DNA of 64,000 bases from Camelus dromedarius (taxonomy: Eukaryota), in contig NC_087436.1 of NCBI RefSeq assembly GCF_036321535.1, forward strand, positions 73,410,001 to 73,474,000. Reading direction: 5' to 3'. Position 1 is the first letter of the stretch. Every line of letters starts with the position of its first letter. The notes under the pieces are model-generated. The model searched no databases and was not told the DNA's origin. It saw only the letters and a program-made list of their open reading frames with translations. The position numbers and the translations under genes were made by a program. Of this stretch, positions 37,323 through 63,104 are shown piece by piece.

Positions 37323-39230
37323 TTATGTTGAGTATATTAGTTTCCTCCACCCTCCCAAACTGATTCTTGCCCACCTGTTTTTCATATTAGGGCAGTCACT
37401 GCATTGCATCAATTGCTGCCCTGTGTATTGTTCTGCATATAAATTATGTTCTCCAAATATTCACATATATTTCATAATAGACAAGGCAAATGGAATTGAA
37501 GCCATTAACTTTAACTTAATAAATGTCATGTTAATGAAATTTCAATATATTTTTAAAGATAAAGCAATACTTGAACTATTATACAAAACAATTACAGTTT
37601 ACTTTAGAAAAACACAATTCCTTTTCACTCAAAGGTGAAAAAGGCACAAGTGAATTTGGTTTTAGTGAAGACAAAATTTATTTTTTTACATCAGGTTTAA
37701 AAGATCAAAATTGAGGCTCTTTATGCACTTTCTGGTCAATTGGGAAAATATTTGTTCACAAAAAGATTACTCACCAAGTTAACACTAACAACTTTTGATA
37801 AACTATTTTTCTTTACTTTTCTCACCATAGTAATTAAATTTCTATATTGAACATATAAAATAACAATGACATCACAGTATATAAGCATATTTTTAAAAAT
37901 TAAATATCAGTATCAAATACAGTTATTTCAAAAATCCTTTTAATGATTAATCACTACAAGTCTGATTATTTGAATTTTGTGTTTAGAATTCTTTTACATG
38001 CCATTATATGGCATTTTCTCAATAAAGGCAATCCTAATGAAATCTGTCTCACTTTACTAATGATTGGTGACAGTCCAGCAATCATTCCACTACATATTTT
38101 GGATCAAAAAGAAACTTCAACCAAATACAGTTAGATCTCAATTCATAAGGTCTGATTGCCATGAAATATAAAAACTAATAAACTACAACTTCAAAGTTAA
38201 ATTTATTTTTAATCTGATTTTGAAATTAAATCCCAGAAGCAAAGAATGAAAAATATGGCTGTTAATCCCAACGTGGTTCTAAAAGTTTGGGGAGGGGAAA
38301 AAAAGTCTTTTGGTAACTATATATTTGAATGAAGATTCATAGTTGAATTTTTCTTAACCTGACAATATAAAAACACTCATTCATAAAACTTGGACAGGAA
38401 AAAAAATCTTGCCATCAGTTGTGTACTTGTCAACACCAACTCCAATGATTTCATTATTTTACTACCAGTTTTTATAGTAAGTTCTACTATAAACTGTTTA
38501 TAGTGTCCCTGACACTAACTCTCCATATATTTGACATTTTAACTTCCATTTAAACTCTATTAACTATTTTTAAATAAAATGTCAATGTTTAAAAAAAAAA
38601 AAAAAAACTCAATGTAATTCTGTCTCTCTTTTCCTTAATTTTTTTTTTCCTTCCACTAAGACAACATATTTTATTAAGGACTAGACGTTTAGGCTTATCA
38701 TACCAAGGACAAAAATAGCTGGAATCTATAACCTGGATCATTTAAAAATATTAGTAGCTATGTCCTCAGTATTTGAAAATGCAGTGTGAACAAAATTAAA
38801 ATTACCTTAAGCAGGTCTAAGAGAGTCTGAAGAATGTCACAAGCTAACATTCTGCCAGTTGACTACTCCAAGTGTGTTCTCCAATCCAACTGCATGTTTG
38901 GTCACACCTGTTTTTTCAAGTGGCACTGCCCACAAATACCTTAAAAGTATCACAGCTTAAAAAGCCTCTTGTTTCCTGAAACAGTTACTCATAAACTGTA
39001 ACTCCTCATGCCTTCTACTCCTGAATTAAGGGTAATACAAACTAAAAGGAAACCTGGCCAATTGTAATGCGGTAGTTCTGGATGTGGGCCATGTGAGCAT
39101 ATGGTTCTCATACCAATAATTTAGATAATAAAAAATAATGCTGTTTTTTTTTATTTTGTTAAAGACAGACTGAGATCTATTACATAGTAAAGAATGAGAT
39201 AATAGAAGCTTTAAAAAGTATTATACTTAC

Positions 39231-39700
39231 TGTTGCTTTTAAATCCTTTCGCGTGGAAAGACCCAAAGGTTTTCAACTTGGGAACAAATTTCAGGTGAAA
39301 TGCATCTCGCTCGCAGGTCTAAAAGATGCTGACTAGCAAACTAGCAATTCTATACTGTTGTCGTGATTTCTTCTGCGGGAACAGTCACGGGTCCCAGGTG
39401 AAGCAGGCAGGGAGGCAGATTGGCCTCGACCTGCCGCAAGCTCACACTCCGGAGGACCGCGGGCCGCATGCTGCCGTCGTCAAGGCAACGACCTCACTCT
39501 GTCCCCAACCATAGGCACAAAGTCTCCAGAGAGATACGGCCGGGGTTAAAATGCGTCCACGGCAGGCACAACACCTGTTAAGGCCAAGGCCTGTCGGGAT
39601 AATAGCTGGGGTGAGAGGGCACCGCCTCCCAGCTTGTACGGTGCCCAGTCCCAGGAGTCTGCGAATCTGCTCGGCTCTCGCTAGCCCTGGGCCAAGGCGT
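39231..39700 (-). other. CDKL2: CDKL2 non-coding first exon (5' end approximate)
   Basis: Strong donor ACA|GTAAGTAT at 39231/39230 at the edge of the CpG island. The TSS is inferred just downstream of the GC and CCAAT boxes. Confidence 0.7.
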
Positions 39701-40160
39701 TGGCCACCGAGCTGCAAGGGGGCGGGTCCTCACCCTCCCAGGCCCGCCCTGAGTGCGCCAAACTTCCCGTGTTCTGATTGGCCGGGCCCTGTCGTCACGA
39801 GCTGTGATTGGCTTAGTGCCAACCACCCTGCCGGTTCACCTGGGGCCCTGCTCAGGTTCTCATCATTGATGCGCAGACGCCGGCATTAGCACACAGCTTC
39901 GCTTTCAAGTAAGGAAGCACCTTTCGCCGGGAGGCCTCTCCCTATGTCTGAGGCCAAGAGGAGATTCTAGTGCTCAGGGAAAGGCTCAAAGTGGTGGTGA
40001 TGGTTTTATAGGATTGGGAGAAAATGAGAGGGGGAGACTGTGCAAAAGAACGCGATGAAGCGTTCCTTAAGCTTCCCCGCTGGGCCGGGGAGTGGGCTCC
40101 TCACACGAGAAGGTTCTGGCCCGACCGCGATTCGACGCTTCCTTTCCCGTCCGTCCGGGC
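39300..40160. promoter_or_regulatory. CpG-island promoter of CDKL2
   Basis: Local GC and CpG enrichment. GC boxes near 39719-39726 and 39743-39749, CCAAT boxes (ATTGG) at 39777-39781 and 39807-39811, E2F-type TTTGGCGC at 39755-39762. Confidence 0.85.
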
Positions 40161-41042
40161 AGTGGAGCCAGTCTGGGCCAAGTAGGAGATGAGGGTGACA
40201 GTCTAAGAGGTGATGATAAGTAGACGAGGCAAGGTGAAAGTAGTAGGTGACAACAGAACTGACTTTAGGAGGGACTTGGGGAAAACGGCCTAGGCACTGA
40301 ACATGAGGGAGACACTTTGGAGATAATGGAAGGAGACGAGAGAATGTGAAAGAAATGAGAGAAAAAGGGCTAGGATAGGTGGGGAACTAGCACACATGAG
40401 CAATACTTTGGTCTTTTGACAGCCAAATTTGGGTGCAATTGCAGGGTGCGATGTTTAAGGCAGAGACTAACTCAGTCCATGACCAGGCAAGACTGGTAGG
40501 TCAGAATCATGCACATACTGAAATCACACAAGAAACAGGGCTCTCTTCATTTTCAAGGAATTTGAGGGTTACACCATACCCCTGCAGTGAAGAGACCTTA
40601 AGCACTCAATTATTTTCACATCAAATTATGAAAACTAAACATTTTATAATAGTATTTGGTTTCCGTAATACCTTGATCCAGTTAAAAGTGCCCTGGATAG
40701 CAGATACTTATACCTATAGTCAATATTAAGGTATTAATTCCTTCTTGTATACAAAGAAATAAACATTCTGGTTTTTAAACAAACTTTTGTGAGTTTGCTT
40801 AGAATGAATTAATCTTCCAGTGCTTGATCACCTTGGTCAAGCTGCTTAAAATCTAGTTCCTGAAACTAATGAGGACCAGACCTGAGACCTGGTTATGGAA
40901 AGAATATAATTCTTCAGTCAATACAAGATGTAATTAGCTCTATCCTTAGCTGTGACCAAGTGAAGGGAGCTATGCCCCGTTTTGTTACCTCTGTAGGCTA
41001 ACCTGATGAACTTCTTTCGTATGAGAAGCAGATTCCCTTTAA

Positions 41043-41200
41043 AGTGGCAAATCCAGGTTTTGTTGGGCCTGAAGCTTGAGAACAAGAATGCAAAAATATT
41101 TTACTTTTGTAACTTAACAAAAATATTCAACAACATAAACATTTTTAAGGCACCTTTAAGCAAGAGGCCCTGAAGCTTAAAATAACCTGTTTATATCCCA
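41043..41200 (+). mobile_element. Small hAT MITE relic (MER53/Arthur-like)
   Basis: atccaggttttgttgggcctgaagctt ... gaggccctgaagcttaa. A more decayed relative (agggccttggaagggacctgt) lies near 12500-12640. Confidence 0.5.
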
Positions 41201-42454
41201 CAGGCAACCAAAAGTTTATCCTTTGGTGACTAGGTAATGCTGGAGAAAACAATTTCTTAAGAATTGAGCTTGAAAGCCAACTGTAAAGGAGACATAGGGT
41301 ATTCAAGAATTAAACATCCTGGGCAAAGTCATCTACGTGTTTGCTGAAGAGGAGGCAGCATTACGCAGAAGCAGGATTGGGTTATTGTTATTTTTTCTTT
41401 TTAAACAGGAAAATCTTTGTAAGGAAGAAGAATAGAGAGAGAAGCTTTAAAGAGGCAAAAAAAAAAAAAAAGGAATAATTAATGAAAAACCAAGAAAAGC
41501 AGTGAAGAGGAGGTAATAAAATATGAAAAGGGCCTAGCCTTGAAGAGGTTTAGAGGAAAGAGGAAAAACAGGAAAACGTAGGACAAACACATTAGCTGGC
41601 TTAGATCTTCTCAGTTAAAAAATAAAAACCTTCATTTCTGCACACACACACAAAAAGATAATGGTGAGATTGAGGCTCGAGGGTTTGTGAGCAGAAATTC
41701 TTTGAAACAGGCAGTTATGAAAGAAGACATTTTGATCTGAAAGGAATACAAAACAGTAAAATATGCCCACTTGAGCCTGGACACCATGAATTTACAGTGA
41801 AACCAGCTGACTCTGTTTCATAGGACTTGGTATCCTCAGGGTCAAGAATGGAGAAAATAGATGTTATACATAAGCTGCTTAGAGAACAGGTAGTGCAAGG
41901 AGATTAAACAAAGAAGAAATCAAGGATGATGGAGAAAGTACCACGGAAATGGCCTGCCACAGGTTCCAGCTAGATAGGAAGACAAATTATGACAGAAGTT
42001 AGCTTAATAAACTGAAAATAGAGGCGCTGAGAAAATGGAAGTCTTCATAGGCATAAAAAGTAAGTCTAAAGGGAGTGAAATAGAAAAAGTTTCTGTCAAA
42101 GAAAGCAATTTGTGAATTTAAGACCTTGGAAATGGTACAAGATGATGATGATCAGTTCTAAAGGGTGGATTGTTTGGCTGTTCCTTTGGGTAGCTGAAGT
42201 TTATTGAAAAAATGTCATTGACTTGAATTCAAAAAAAACTTGAAGTTACTGTATGAAAAGCCATACTTTTCCAGAAAAATCATAACATGAACTACTGCCC
42301 AAGTGGGACAATAGAGGAAGAGGTTGAAAGGCACCTTTTAATCACTAAAGAAAGTGAAATGCTCTAAAAATCTAAAGAAAACACTATGGAAGTGCATGAA
42401 ATTGGAAACAAGAGGACAACTTGAGAGATGGCAAAGAAACAGATTAAAAAGAGA

Positions 42455-42740
42455 CTAAGGACCATATGAAGCAGCAATTCCATTCCTAGGGATATACCCA
42501 AGAAAAATGAAATGAAGCATATGTTCACACAAAAACCTGTACATGAATGTTCATAGCAGTACTAATATTCATATAAATTGATATTCTTAATAGCCAAAAA
42601 GTGAAACTCAAATGTCCATCAACCAGTGAATAGTGTGCTATATCCATACAATGGAATATTATTCAGCCATAAAAAGGTACAAAATATTCATAGACACTAA
42701 ACCACAGATGGGTCTTGAAAACATTATACTAAGTGAAACC
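42455..42740 (+). mobile_element. L1MB-like ORF2 3' fragment
   Basis: cagcaattccattcctagggatatacccaaga...atccatacaatggaatattattcagccataaaaagg. Confidence 0.8.
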
Positions 42741-42984
42741 TTACTTTTTGTAGTCTGAAGATTTTATGGCCCTTCTATTCACTTGGGACTCAATTGAAGT
42801 GAAGTGATGCCTGTGATCAATCGTGGGCCGTAAGTGAAAGATGGTTTGTTTCTTTTTTTTAATTTTGGGGCAATAATCTGACCCAAGCACATTGTTTTGA
42901 GATGTCAAAATATGTAGAGAATGACTGTTGCCAAGAGTTATTTAACAGAGATGATTGCTAAAGTGAGGAAGAGAACTGGGCTAC

Positions 42985-43720
42985 TCTAAGGGCTCAGTCC
43001 TTAGCCTCTTCTTTTGTACACTCTCCTCCTAGATGATCTCATCTAACCCAATAGCTGCAAAGACCTATTCTGACCAGTCATAGCATGGAGCTCTCCTCAG
43101 AATTCCCAAATCATACTATCTGACATTCCTTCTTGGATATCTATTGGCATAATAAACTTAACATGGATAAAAGAGAACTGTTGACTTTCCCTTCACATTT
43201 CACTCCTGCTCCTCTATCTCAATAGAATATTGCCTTCTACCCAAGTTGCATAAAAATCCCAGGAGTCATCCTTGAATCCCTTCTTTCCTTCACATTCAAA
43301 ATCCAATCCATAAAAAAGTCTTGTAGGTTGTATCTCAGATTATCTAATTAAGACCGTTCATCATTGTCTTCACTGCTACAACCCTAATCCAAGCCACCAT
43401 CACCATCACCCAACATCTCTTCCTGACAGGCTCCTCACTAATTCAGATCACATCACTTTCTTGCCCAGATCCTTACAATCCCACTTTGAGTAAAATCCAA
43501 AATACACAGCCGTCCTCGATTTAGCTGTTACCTACCTCTTGGTATCATCTGCTTATTATTATGGCCACAATGGCATCAATGCCCTTGAACACAAGCCAAT
43601 TCCAAACACAGGGCCTCTGCACTTGTTCTATTTGGAATGCTCTTCCTTTAGATCTTCTCAAGGCTGCTTTCTCCTCATTTCAGGTATCAAGTGGTCTTGA
43701 GACTTTTCATTACCACCCTC
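42985..43720 (+). mobile_element. LINE-2 fragment
   Basis: Contains aggagtcatccttgaatcccttctttc, accctaatccaagccaccatc and ggaatgctcttcct. Confidence 0.7.
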
Positions 43721-46700
43721 TGTAATGATTAAGAACAGCCTCAAGTCCAGTCACTATTTCATCCTCTACTAGTCCTACACCCGATTAGCCACATGCTATT
43801 GGAAAAGCAGCTAACTCCACTGTGCCTGAGATAACTCTTCTGTAAAATAGTCCTCCTCCCCTTAGGATTACTGTTGAGACTAATGAGTCGTATTATGCCC
43901 AGGACTAATCAAGACTGAAACCACTTATATTTGTTGCTTCCCCGCCTCAAAAAATATAAGCTCCCTGAGGGTGGGCTGTACCTGGTGTATTGCCAGCCAG
44001 CACCCAGGGAGGTTTCTGGCATATGTTAGATGCTAATACCCACACACTGCTAAACAAGTCTTTCTTCTTTCACACATCTTGGCTGCTAATATTTAAAGTG
44101 CCTGCTTTGAAACATCACTCTCCTGTTAAGTCAATCACCCAACTGAAATGTCTCACACCTGTTTTCTGAGTCACTATACTCATCACCATATGCCAGGCAG
44201 AGCTTTGCTTTTACCTCTCCAAGCTTTAGTTCACCAACTTAAAAACAAAAAGTTAAGAACTTAGTAGGGTTATCAGATTAAGATATCACATATATAAAAT
44301 GACAGATCCTCAAAAAGTATTTTTTCTCAGCTCTGAACAGTATTTGACACCATTTGATTTCTGTTCTAAGTCTTTACTCTGCCTCATTACTTAATGCTTG
44401 TACTTCCTGAATGTAGTAGTTCCTGATTAAGGGATCCTTAATTTTAGGCCTGCTAATGCTGGAGGCTGTGATTTTCCAATTTCCTAAAATGAAGCGAGGA
44501 TAAAAATGCATTGCATTCAAAGTTTAAATTTTTAGTGCTTACAACCCATTTTCTAAAATTATTCATCCTTTAAAGAAGATCAACACTTATAGTTAATTTA
44601 GTATTTCAAATCCTTTCATGCTAGTTTGACTACAATAACCCTTCTGAGCCTCAGTCTCCTTGAGTGTAAAATAGGTAACTATACCTTACTTGGCCTAAGT
44701 ATTAAATCAGATGTAAAGCTACCAGCAATGTGACTCATAGTCTACCCTCAAATATTGTAGAACTCATTTTAAAGATAAGAATGGATGTAAAGATAACTAC
44801 TTTCCTGGTTACACTATTTTAAGTGGAAGTATCTACTTTTCATTGATTTGTATCTTTATGCTAACTATTCAGTCATTTTCAGTTCCTTTCAGATACCTGA
44901 ATTCAGTTGCCGAAAAATAACCTAAATTTTATTTCCCTCCCTCAGATATAATATTCTTGAATTATCACAGTAGCCTCCTGTTTGCATTCTTGGTCCTCCT
45001 GCCATCAATCCTCTACATGGCTTCATGTTGCAATTAAGAAAATATCCAAATAAACTCCTTACATGGGCTGACTACATGATCTAGTCCCAACATCTCTACT
45101 TCACCTCTTACCATTTTTCCACCCCTTGACCCAATTCCACCCATCCCAGCTTCTTCTCATCACCCTCTAAGCCTTTCCAATTTTGGAGGCTTTACACTAG
45201 CTAGTTCCTCTAACTGGAGTGCTCCTATGTTCCATGTCATCTCTAGGTGACTGGGGAACACCTCTCTAAAGCTGCCACTCAGTTGCTCTGTACTATCTTA
45301 TTTTACACAGCATTTACAACTACTCTTCTTCATTGTCAAGTACATAAGCTCAGAGGGAGCCCTGCAGACTTATCTTGCTCATGGATCCTCAACAACAAGA
45401 ACAGTGCCTGGCACACAAGAGGTGCTCAATAAACTCGATAAACACTGTTAAATGGTTTGTCTTCATTAAAGCAACGTTTAATAGTATAAAGAAGCACACA
45501 CACACATGCCAAGATACTTTTAAGGATCACCTATGGGTTAAGATTGTGGGAGTTCATTCTTCTGCATTATCTGTACTCTCTATATAATGTGCATAGAATG
45601 TTTGTGTGTGTGTGTAGTAAAATATACATAAAACTTACCATTCTATACAGTTTTTAAAAAGGCAAGTTGTCAAGATTCCATACCCTCCTACATAGCCTTA
45701 TCTTTTCAGGTCTAGTTCACACCAAAATCCATTAACGGTTTCACAGCACTCTTGCCTCCTCGTCATGAAAGCCTGTTTTTTTAACTTGTGTTTCATATAT
45801 CATGTTACTTTTCCAACTATGCAAGTTAAAATTTTGAATTCTCTGATACCAACTTCTTCCTCACCAAGACCTGGCCATTTTATTTTACTCCCCAGGTCTT
45901 TCAAATTCTTTAGGCTTCTACCATCACCACTCAAGTACAAGCTAGTACAACCACTCTATCATAGCTCTTGACTAAAATACTTTAGCATCCTTTCACCTAT
46001 TTACTCATTGCTTCTTCAATCCTTCAATTTGTTTACTCTGTAGCCAGAGAGATTTCAAAATAGAATTATCTTCCTGCCACTCACCAAAACCTTCAAATTC
46101 CTATTGTCCTTGGGATAAAGATCAACCTCCTTAAGGCCAACAAGGCCCCATAGCTACCTTGTTAAATATGCACCCACTCGTTCTCTCCAAAGTTTCAATC
46201 CTTTTAAACCTGAGAGCAGTAAATCTTGTTTATTTCATCATTTATCAACAGTACCTAGAAGAGTGCCTGGCTCTTAGGAGCTCAATAGTTAATGAATTAA
46301 ATGAGCCAATGAAAGTTAATCAGAATAGCAGGAACAAGACCTCCTGCACCTGAAAAATGGATAGGAGAGAGACACAGAGAAAGTATTCAGCAGAACAGAT
46401 TAGACTTCAAACATTTCTAGGTTAAATAGGTCAGATTAGAGCTGTTCATTATCAGAGAACCAGGCATGCATAAGTCACTTAGAAAGAGAAAATAGTTTTG
46501 GACCTCTGGGTTTTGAATTATCTATGACTTCAAAAGGTAACAAGGTAAAAAAGGGTTTAAAAAAATGTGTTTGAAACACAGGATAGGTAGACAGTAAAAT
46601 CAGCTAACTGAGAAACAGTATCAGGTAACAGTTGCTGAGGGTCCAACACATTGTTTTAGATAGTTCCTAAAACCATTCAGAGAAGTGTGTGTGTGTGTAG

Positions 46701-48229
46701 GAGGCAGGCAGTGAAGGTTTCAGGGCAACAACAGTGAGTACACAAAACAGGAGCAGTTAGAATATTGTCACAAAGCTGAAGCATTCCAAGCAGACAGCTA
46801 GCTTTACCAAAACACTTAAGAGATCAAGGACAAAGAGTAGTTAATCTTTCTGTGAATGTTTCACTCTAAATCTGCCATTTATTTTGCCCAGTATTTAGTA
46901 ATGTTAAAAATAGACTTCATTTCCTGTAATTCTGAAGCATAAGGTGTGTATACACACACACACACTACATAAATAGACTGGAAGATTTTAGTCTTTGTCA
47001 AAAATACCTAGAAATGTCATTACTTGGAAATTCTCAGACTTAAGGATGCAAATAGTTTTAAACAACTACTCTCTACATGAAACCTACTGAAATCTATCAC
47101 AAAGGGCAATCTCAGGATGTGATAAATAATTCATTTATCCAAGAATTTGAAATACTTTGTAACTGCCATTAAACTGATCGTAATTAGAAAGTCTTATGAA
47201 CACAGGATGAAAGAAAGTCTTCACCTGTAGTTGAAATATAAATTATCAACAAGTTGTCCTAATTTAAAGGAAAAATTTTGAACATCTATCCACTATATTT
47301 TTATTCACTCAATACAAAGACTGTATTATATAGCACAATGAAAATGAAGCATCCTGTGTGGCCGAAACTTTCAAATACTTTGTTCCACATAGATTTCCTG
47401 GACCAAATGATATTTTGCTCCTTGAAATTTGGTTCTTTTTTCAATACAGTGTGGCATATACATTTTACCCCCTCTGAAAAATGTTTTTCCACAGCCATAA
47501 AATTAGATAAATTACAATTATAATTAAAATTGAAAGTGAGTTTAATATACATTTATAAAAATTAAGTCTTACGTCCATGAGAGTATTTAAACAATAGTTA
47601 TTCTGGCTTTTCTCAAATATAAATTTGTGAAGATTGAGTTAATGAATCTTCATGAACAGTGTTATGAATGTATCAGAAAACTCATTTATACTATCCTTTT
47701 TAATGAAGGAAAAGTCTAAAGTTCTGAAAGTACATATGCTTTAGGACCTCATTTTTCATTTGAAGTATATATTCATATTTATAACTAAATGATTCTTTCT
47801 CTTAATACTCTTTTAGAGCTTGGCAAGATTGTTGCAATTGCTGAATTGGGTCATGTCCATAACTTCAGATAACCTCAATCTTCCCATTTCTTTTCTTCTT
47901 TCCTTCTGAGATGAGGTAGCAATTCTTTGGAAAACTCCAAATTAAAAAAAAAAAAAAAAAAGTCAGTAGTCTGCTTTAGACCCTTCTCACCTTCCTTACC
48001 ACTTATTACTCTGTTCTAACATCCTTTACCTTGTATGCCAGCTATCTAACTGAACTGGGATCAATCTCTAACAACAATCAGGTCTTACTTGTTTTATTTT
48101 ACACATCTAATTTCACAAATAATCAGTTGGTTTTAGAATAATTCCTTATTTTTACTTAGGCTGTGTGAAATGCAATCGGGAGAAAATATTTTGGAACACA
48201 AACCTATAGATTAAATTAGGGACATAGAT

Positions 48230-50886
48230 AAATGCTGCAGACATCAGTAGTTTATTGTTTGTTTAGTCCAAACACATTCAAAATGGAAACTCAAAGAATA
48301 CTTTCCACCTGAAACAATTAAACTAGATACTACTAGCATATAATGCTTAACACATTACAGCAATAAAGATGGTAATCCATTGTCTTCTATACCTACTAAA
48401 GCCAAGATGGTAAAGCCAATTTGGTTGCAATAGTGTCATAAGGATAGAATAGAATATTACCATCCAAACAAACAAAAAAAAATCAGCAAATAACAGTAAT
48501 GGTAGATGAGTATTTTACTCTGGTTCACTGAAAAGGGGACAAAATGTTAAAAGTCCACAGTACTGCAGGTGAACAATCACCATGTAAACTTCTCCATGTG
48601 ATGTTTTAATGTTTTATTCATGGTATGTAAAGACTGAAGCTGAATGGCTCTTTGCTTTAATTTTCTATTACACTTAACATTTGTCGTTACTTTTGGTGCC
48701 AGAACAGTTTTCATGGGTGGCAGGGCAATATGCTGGATTGGAAATTTTACATATATGAAAGAAATGAAAGAGTGGAGGGAAAATATGCTATAAAAAACAA
48801 AACAAAACAAAACACTGAAGATAAACCACTTATTTAAAAGCAGTTTGAATAAAGGCTTCAAAACTCAAAAGTAATTTTCTAGTAAGAACTTCAAGTACTA
48901 TACATCAGAAACCGTGAAAGTATTTCAAACAGGAAAAAAAAAATCCTTAAGCCCCACAAAATGGAAACTGAGAAATCTGTGTCCCCAAAATATATGCAAT
49001 AGTGCAAGACTTTTCCTCAAACATGGAAGACCTCATTCAAGCAGGGGATAAAAGGGACAGATTTACTTTTACTTATATTGCCCAGTACATGAAAAACAAA
49101 ATTATGTGCATCATTTGCTAGTTTATTAAATAGCAAACAGTTTCATAATTTAGAACCAGTTTGCTATTATGTCAAGTGCGTTTTTTGTTTGTTTTTACTA
49201 AGACAGAATGGAGAAGTCTTCCATGCTAACAAGCAGCTTTAAGTGGTCACACTTATTTACCCCACTCCTAGCCTGAAACATCAGAAACTGGTATGTACCG
49301 AATGCTCCAAGCGTAAAACTGGACATCCTTTGTCATACGTGCGGTTTACTGGAACTTGTTATAAAGACAGACAATAATCCAGCAGCTACAAACTTTGCTC
49401 ACAGAATTGTTTAGAGATTCATGTAAAAATAAAAGATGTCGTCCCAGACTTAAATTCAGAGCCACTCGGGTGCTGACATCAGTTCAAGAATTGTGCAAAA
49501 TGAATGACAGTTCCCTGCCCCCCAAATAGAAAATGCAAACACTTAAGAGCTGTTGTTCTTTTCTCTGAAAATTGCAGTATCCTCACTTCAGGTTTACTTG
49601 CCATTTATGGAATCTGACTGCTTTTTAAATGTCACTAAAAATGTACATCAAGTTGATTGACTTTTCCAAGCACCTCTCAAATGATACGCTTCAAGGTTCA
49701 CATTCAGGTTATGAGAAAAGTCAAGAGACTTACTCAAATAACTGACTTCCTCCTTCCCTCTCCTTCACAAACACACAAGACTCCCTCCCACGGAGAACAC
49801 AAAGTTGTTAACTGAAGAACAAGGTAAATAATATGCTAGTCAATTTTACTGATTTTAAAGATACTGCAATTTTTATACACTTCAATGATTTTTCAACATT
49901 TTGCAGCTGTTTGGCTTTGCAGCACAGCAATTCATACACTATACTGTACAAAATTACCAGCAAGACTGGAATGATGTATTAATAGAAGGCACCATCATGC
50001 TTATTACATTACCAGAGAACAAAAATACAGTAAAGACAATTTTCACTGTACACAGCTTAAAGAAAGGAGGAAAGGGAGGAGGAGTGTGTTGAGCAGCCAG
50101 CCATCCCTGTACTGAAGAGGGGCAGGTAGAAAAATCTTAGATATGGAGCTACTAAATCTGGTCTAATATTTAAGACCATAGCATTTGAAGTTCTGATTTT
50201 TGTTATTTAGTTCATAACTAAATTATTTCCTTCTGGAACATACTTGTAGTCTTGTTAAGGTTTATGTGTACACACGCTGGTCACAGCAAGCAGATAAAAT
50301 GCCCTCATCATTTCACAAACTATACTCTACTGGAAAAAAAAATGAAAGATTTCTTTTCCCCTGTTGCCTCCTGTTGCAGATGTCAGCGTTAATGAGTTCA
50401 GACTACCCATTTAGTGCATTCTGATGAGTGCATATGTAAATTTCTGTTGGTTTGTATTTGGGGGGGAGTCAAGAAAAAAGGCAAGATTCTCCAATTGCAC
50501 AAATTGCACTATTTGTGTTTCCAACATTAATAGGCAGAAACAGTAACACTTAAACAAAATGTGCAGCAGAGGATTTTTTTGACTCAAAGGACCTGAATTC
50601 AGTTGGGCATGTCCTTTTAAGTTCACTTTGTTGTAGATAGTTTAAGATATGGTCACTTCTCAGTCCTTAATTCTCCAAGTCTAGATTTATAAATTAACAA
50701 TGCAAATCCTGTTGTAAAACTGGGGAAATAATGTCCACCTCAATTTAACTGATAACCCAAAGATGCTTTTCACATCAAAGAAATGATCAAAAAGGCTGTG
50801 TCACATTCCAAAGCCAAAAAAAATTAACAAGAATGCAAACACGATGAAAAATGTACCACTGCCAAGACTTTGCCAACAGTGGAGCC
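48230..50886 (-). other. G3BP2: G3BP2 3'UTR (~2.65 kb)
   Basis: AU-rich stretch with no repeats I could recognise, following the stop codon. Minus-strand AATAAA at 49122-49127, 48613-48618 and 48251-48256. The 3' end is approximate. Confidence 0.75.
48251..48256 (-). terminator. Probable distal polyadenylation signal of G3BP2
   Basis: AATAAA on the minus strand (tttatt on plus) at the end of the UTR-like block. Confidence 0.6.

Positions 50887-63104
<12,218 letters not shown>

Noticed and set aside
39326..39889. Overlapping 62-112 aa ORFs in the CpG island
   Set aside because: Stop-codon scarcity is expected in GC-rich DNA, and none has recognisable homology.
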